Source: Clostridia bacterium (GTDB lineage Bacteria; Bacillota; Clostridia; Oscillospirales; Acutalibacteraceae). Taken from it: DNA of 64,000 nucleotides. The notes under the pieces were generated by a model. The model did not search any database and was not told the DNA's origin. It saw only the letters and a list, made by a program, of their open reading frames with translations. Where the stretch lies: positions 3,404 through 67,403 of the forward strand of contig JAKSQS010000001.1 in NCBI GenBank assembly GCA_024404055.1, written 5' to 3'. The position numbers and the translations under genes were made by a program. Positions 63,211 through 64,000 of this stretch are shown here, piece after piece (the first letter of the stretch is position 1; each line of letters starts with the position of its first letter).

Positions 63211-64000
63211 TGAACAGCTTATTTTCCGATTATCACAAGCCGATGCCGATTTTGTCTTATCCCGGCTGCGAAAAAGCAGGATTTAAGGTGTCGGAGCTTT
63301 CTTTTGACAGTGACAAGCAGGCACAGGTTATGAAAGCGGTTGCAGACCGCTGTGACAGCCTTGCCGCCGTAACCCTTATGGACCTTTCCGTTGAGGCGGA
63401 ATGCTTCGGCGCGGATGTTATTATAAGTGAAGCCGCCGTCCCCGCCGTTACGGGCGTTTTGCTCAAGGAGCCCGGGCAGGCGTATGACCTGCCGGTTCCC
63501 AAGGTCGGCGAAAAACGCTCCGGTATATATATTGACGCGGTGAAAAAAGCAAAGCAGCTTATAAAGGACCGTCCCGTTATCGCGGGTGCCGCCGCTCCGT
63601 TTTCGCTTGCGGCGCGACTTTTCGGCGTAACGGAAACCATGCTGCTGTGCTATGACGAGCCGGAGGCGGTAAAGGCGGTGCTGAAAAAATGCACGGAGTT
63701 TATTATCGAATATATTACGGCTCTCAAAGCCGCCGGTGCAGACGGCGTTATTCTCGCAGAGCCAGTGTCGGGTCTGCTGTCTCCGGCACTTGAGGAGGAA
63801 TTTTCCGCACCATACATAAAACTGCTGGCAGACGCGGTGAAATCGTCGGATTTTGCCGTCATATACCACAACTGCGGAGCAAATGTCTCCCGCATGACCG
63901 CCTCGATTTTTTCAAACGGCTGTGATGCCTACCATTTCGGTAATGCGGTAAATATGCGTGATATGCTTTCCGCTTCCCCGGCATCCGTCCCCGTTATGGG
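63211..64000 (+). CDS. URO-D / MtaA-CmuA-like methyltransferase family protein, truncated by the window edge
   Basis: Absent from the ORF track because there is no stop in the window. My translation from TTG 63211 (8 nt after GGAGGG) reads LNSLFSDYHKPMPILSYPGCEKAGFKV..VTLMDLSVEAECFGADV..GADGVILAEPVSGLLSPALEEEFSAPYIKLL..IYHNCGAN. The listed minus-strand ORFs in this stretch are antisense artefacts. Confidence 0.6.

Noticed and set aside
63219-63895. Minus-strand ORFs of 216, 127 and 81 aa at the right edge
   Set aside because: The plus strand here encodes a clean URO-D/MtaA-like protein with a GGAGGG RBS and a TTG start. It is missing from the track only because it has no stop inside the window. 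The minus-strand translations are Arg/Cys-rich nonsense.

Overview
All product calls come from reading the supplied translations and the DNA by eye. No database search was run. The window looks like an ordinary chromosomal segment of a mid-GC Firmicute, probably a Clostridia gut anaerobe of the Oscillospiraceae/Ruminococcaceae type. That guess is an inference from gene content, frequent GTG/TTG starts with strong GGAGG sites, and the presence of GlnRS.

Gene content, left to right:
- argG-argH-argF (argF cut by the window edge), with a consensus promoter and an ARG-box-like palindrome.
- A secreted lipase next to a ceramidase-like membrane hydrolase.
- A GH31 glycosidase.
- Two tandem paralogous pairs of heterodimeric ABC exporters (BmrCD/TM287-288 type, one degenerate ATP site each).
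- A small block: secreted papain-fold enzyme, HAD phosphatase, XRE-TM regulator, hemolysin-III.
- A minus-strand operon: membrane-embedded M28 peptidase, Ntn (choloylglycine-type) hydrolase, 695-aa propeller/helical protein.
- A second secreted lipase-like protein.
- A complete F1Fo ATP synthase operon.
- A long minus-strand array: metallophosphoesterase, alpha/beta hydrolase, CHAP/Cys-module/FN3 wall hydrolase, GPH-type transporter, 571-aa unknown, FkbM methyltransferase.
- An orphan 5S rRNA gene with its own consensus promoter.
- xth.
- A 1780-aa secreted protein made of 20 Big_2 domains.
- A tightly packed plus-strand array: rlmB, a degenerate P-type-ATPase-like protein, an ABC ATPase and permease, lacZ (GH2), gltX, glnS, a membrane protein, DUF1292.
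- A divergent pair of XRE regulators.
- Two URO-D/MtaA-like genes, the last cut by the window edge.

I saw no CRISPR array, transposase, integrase, recognisable defence system or prophage.

The most unusual things I can support:
1. The ATP synthase has no free delta gene. A delta C-terminal-domain-like segment is fused to the N-terminus of alpha.
2. The c subunit carries a roughly 65-aa N-terminal extension that looks like a signal peptide.
3. A P1B-type ATPase skeleton has lost every catalytic motif.
4. A translationally coupled transporter / unknown 571-aa protein / FkbM methyltransferase trio lies inside a secreted-hydrolase array.
5. An M28 peptidase has transmembrane helices inserted between its metal-ligand motifs.
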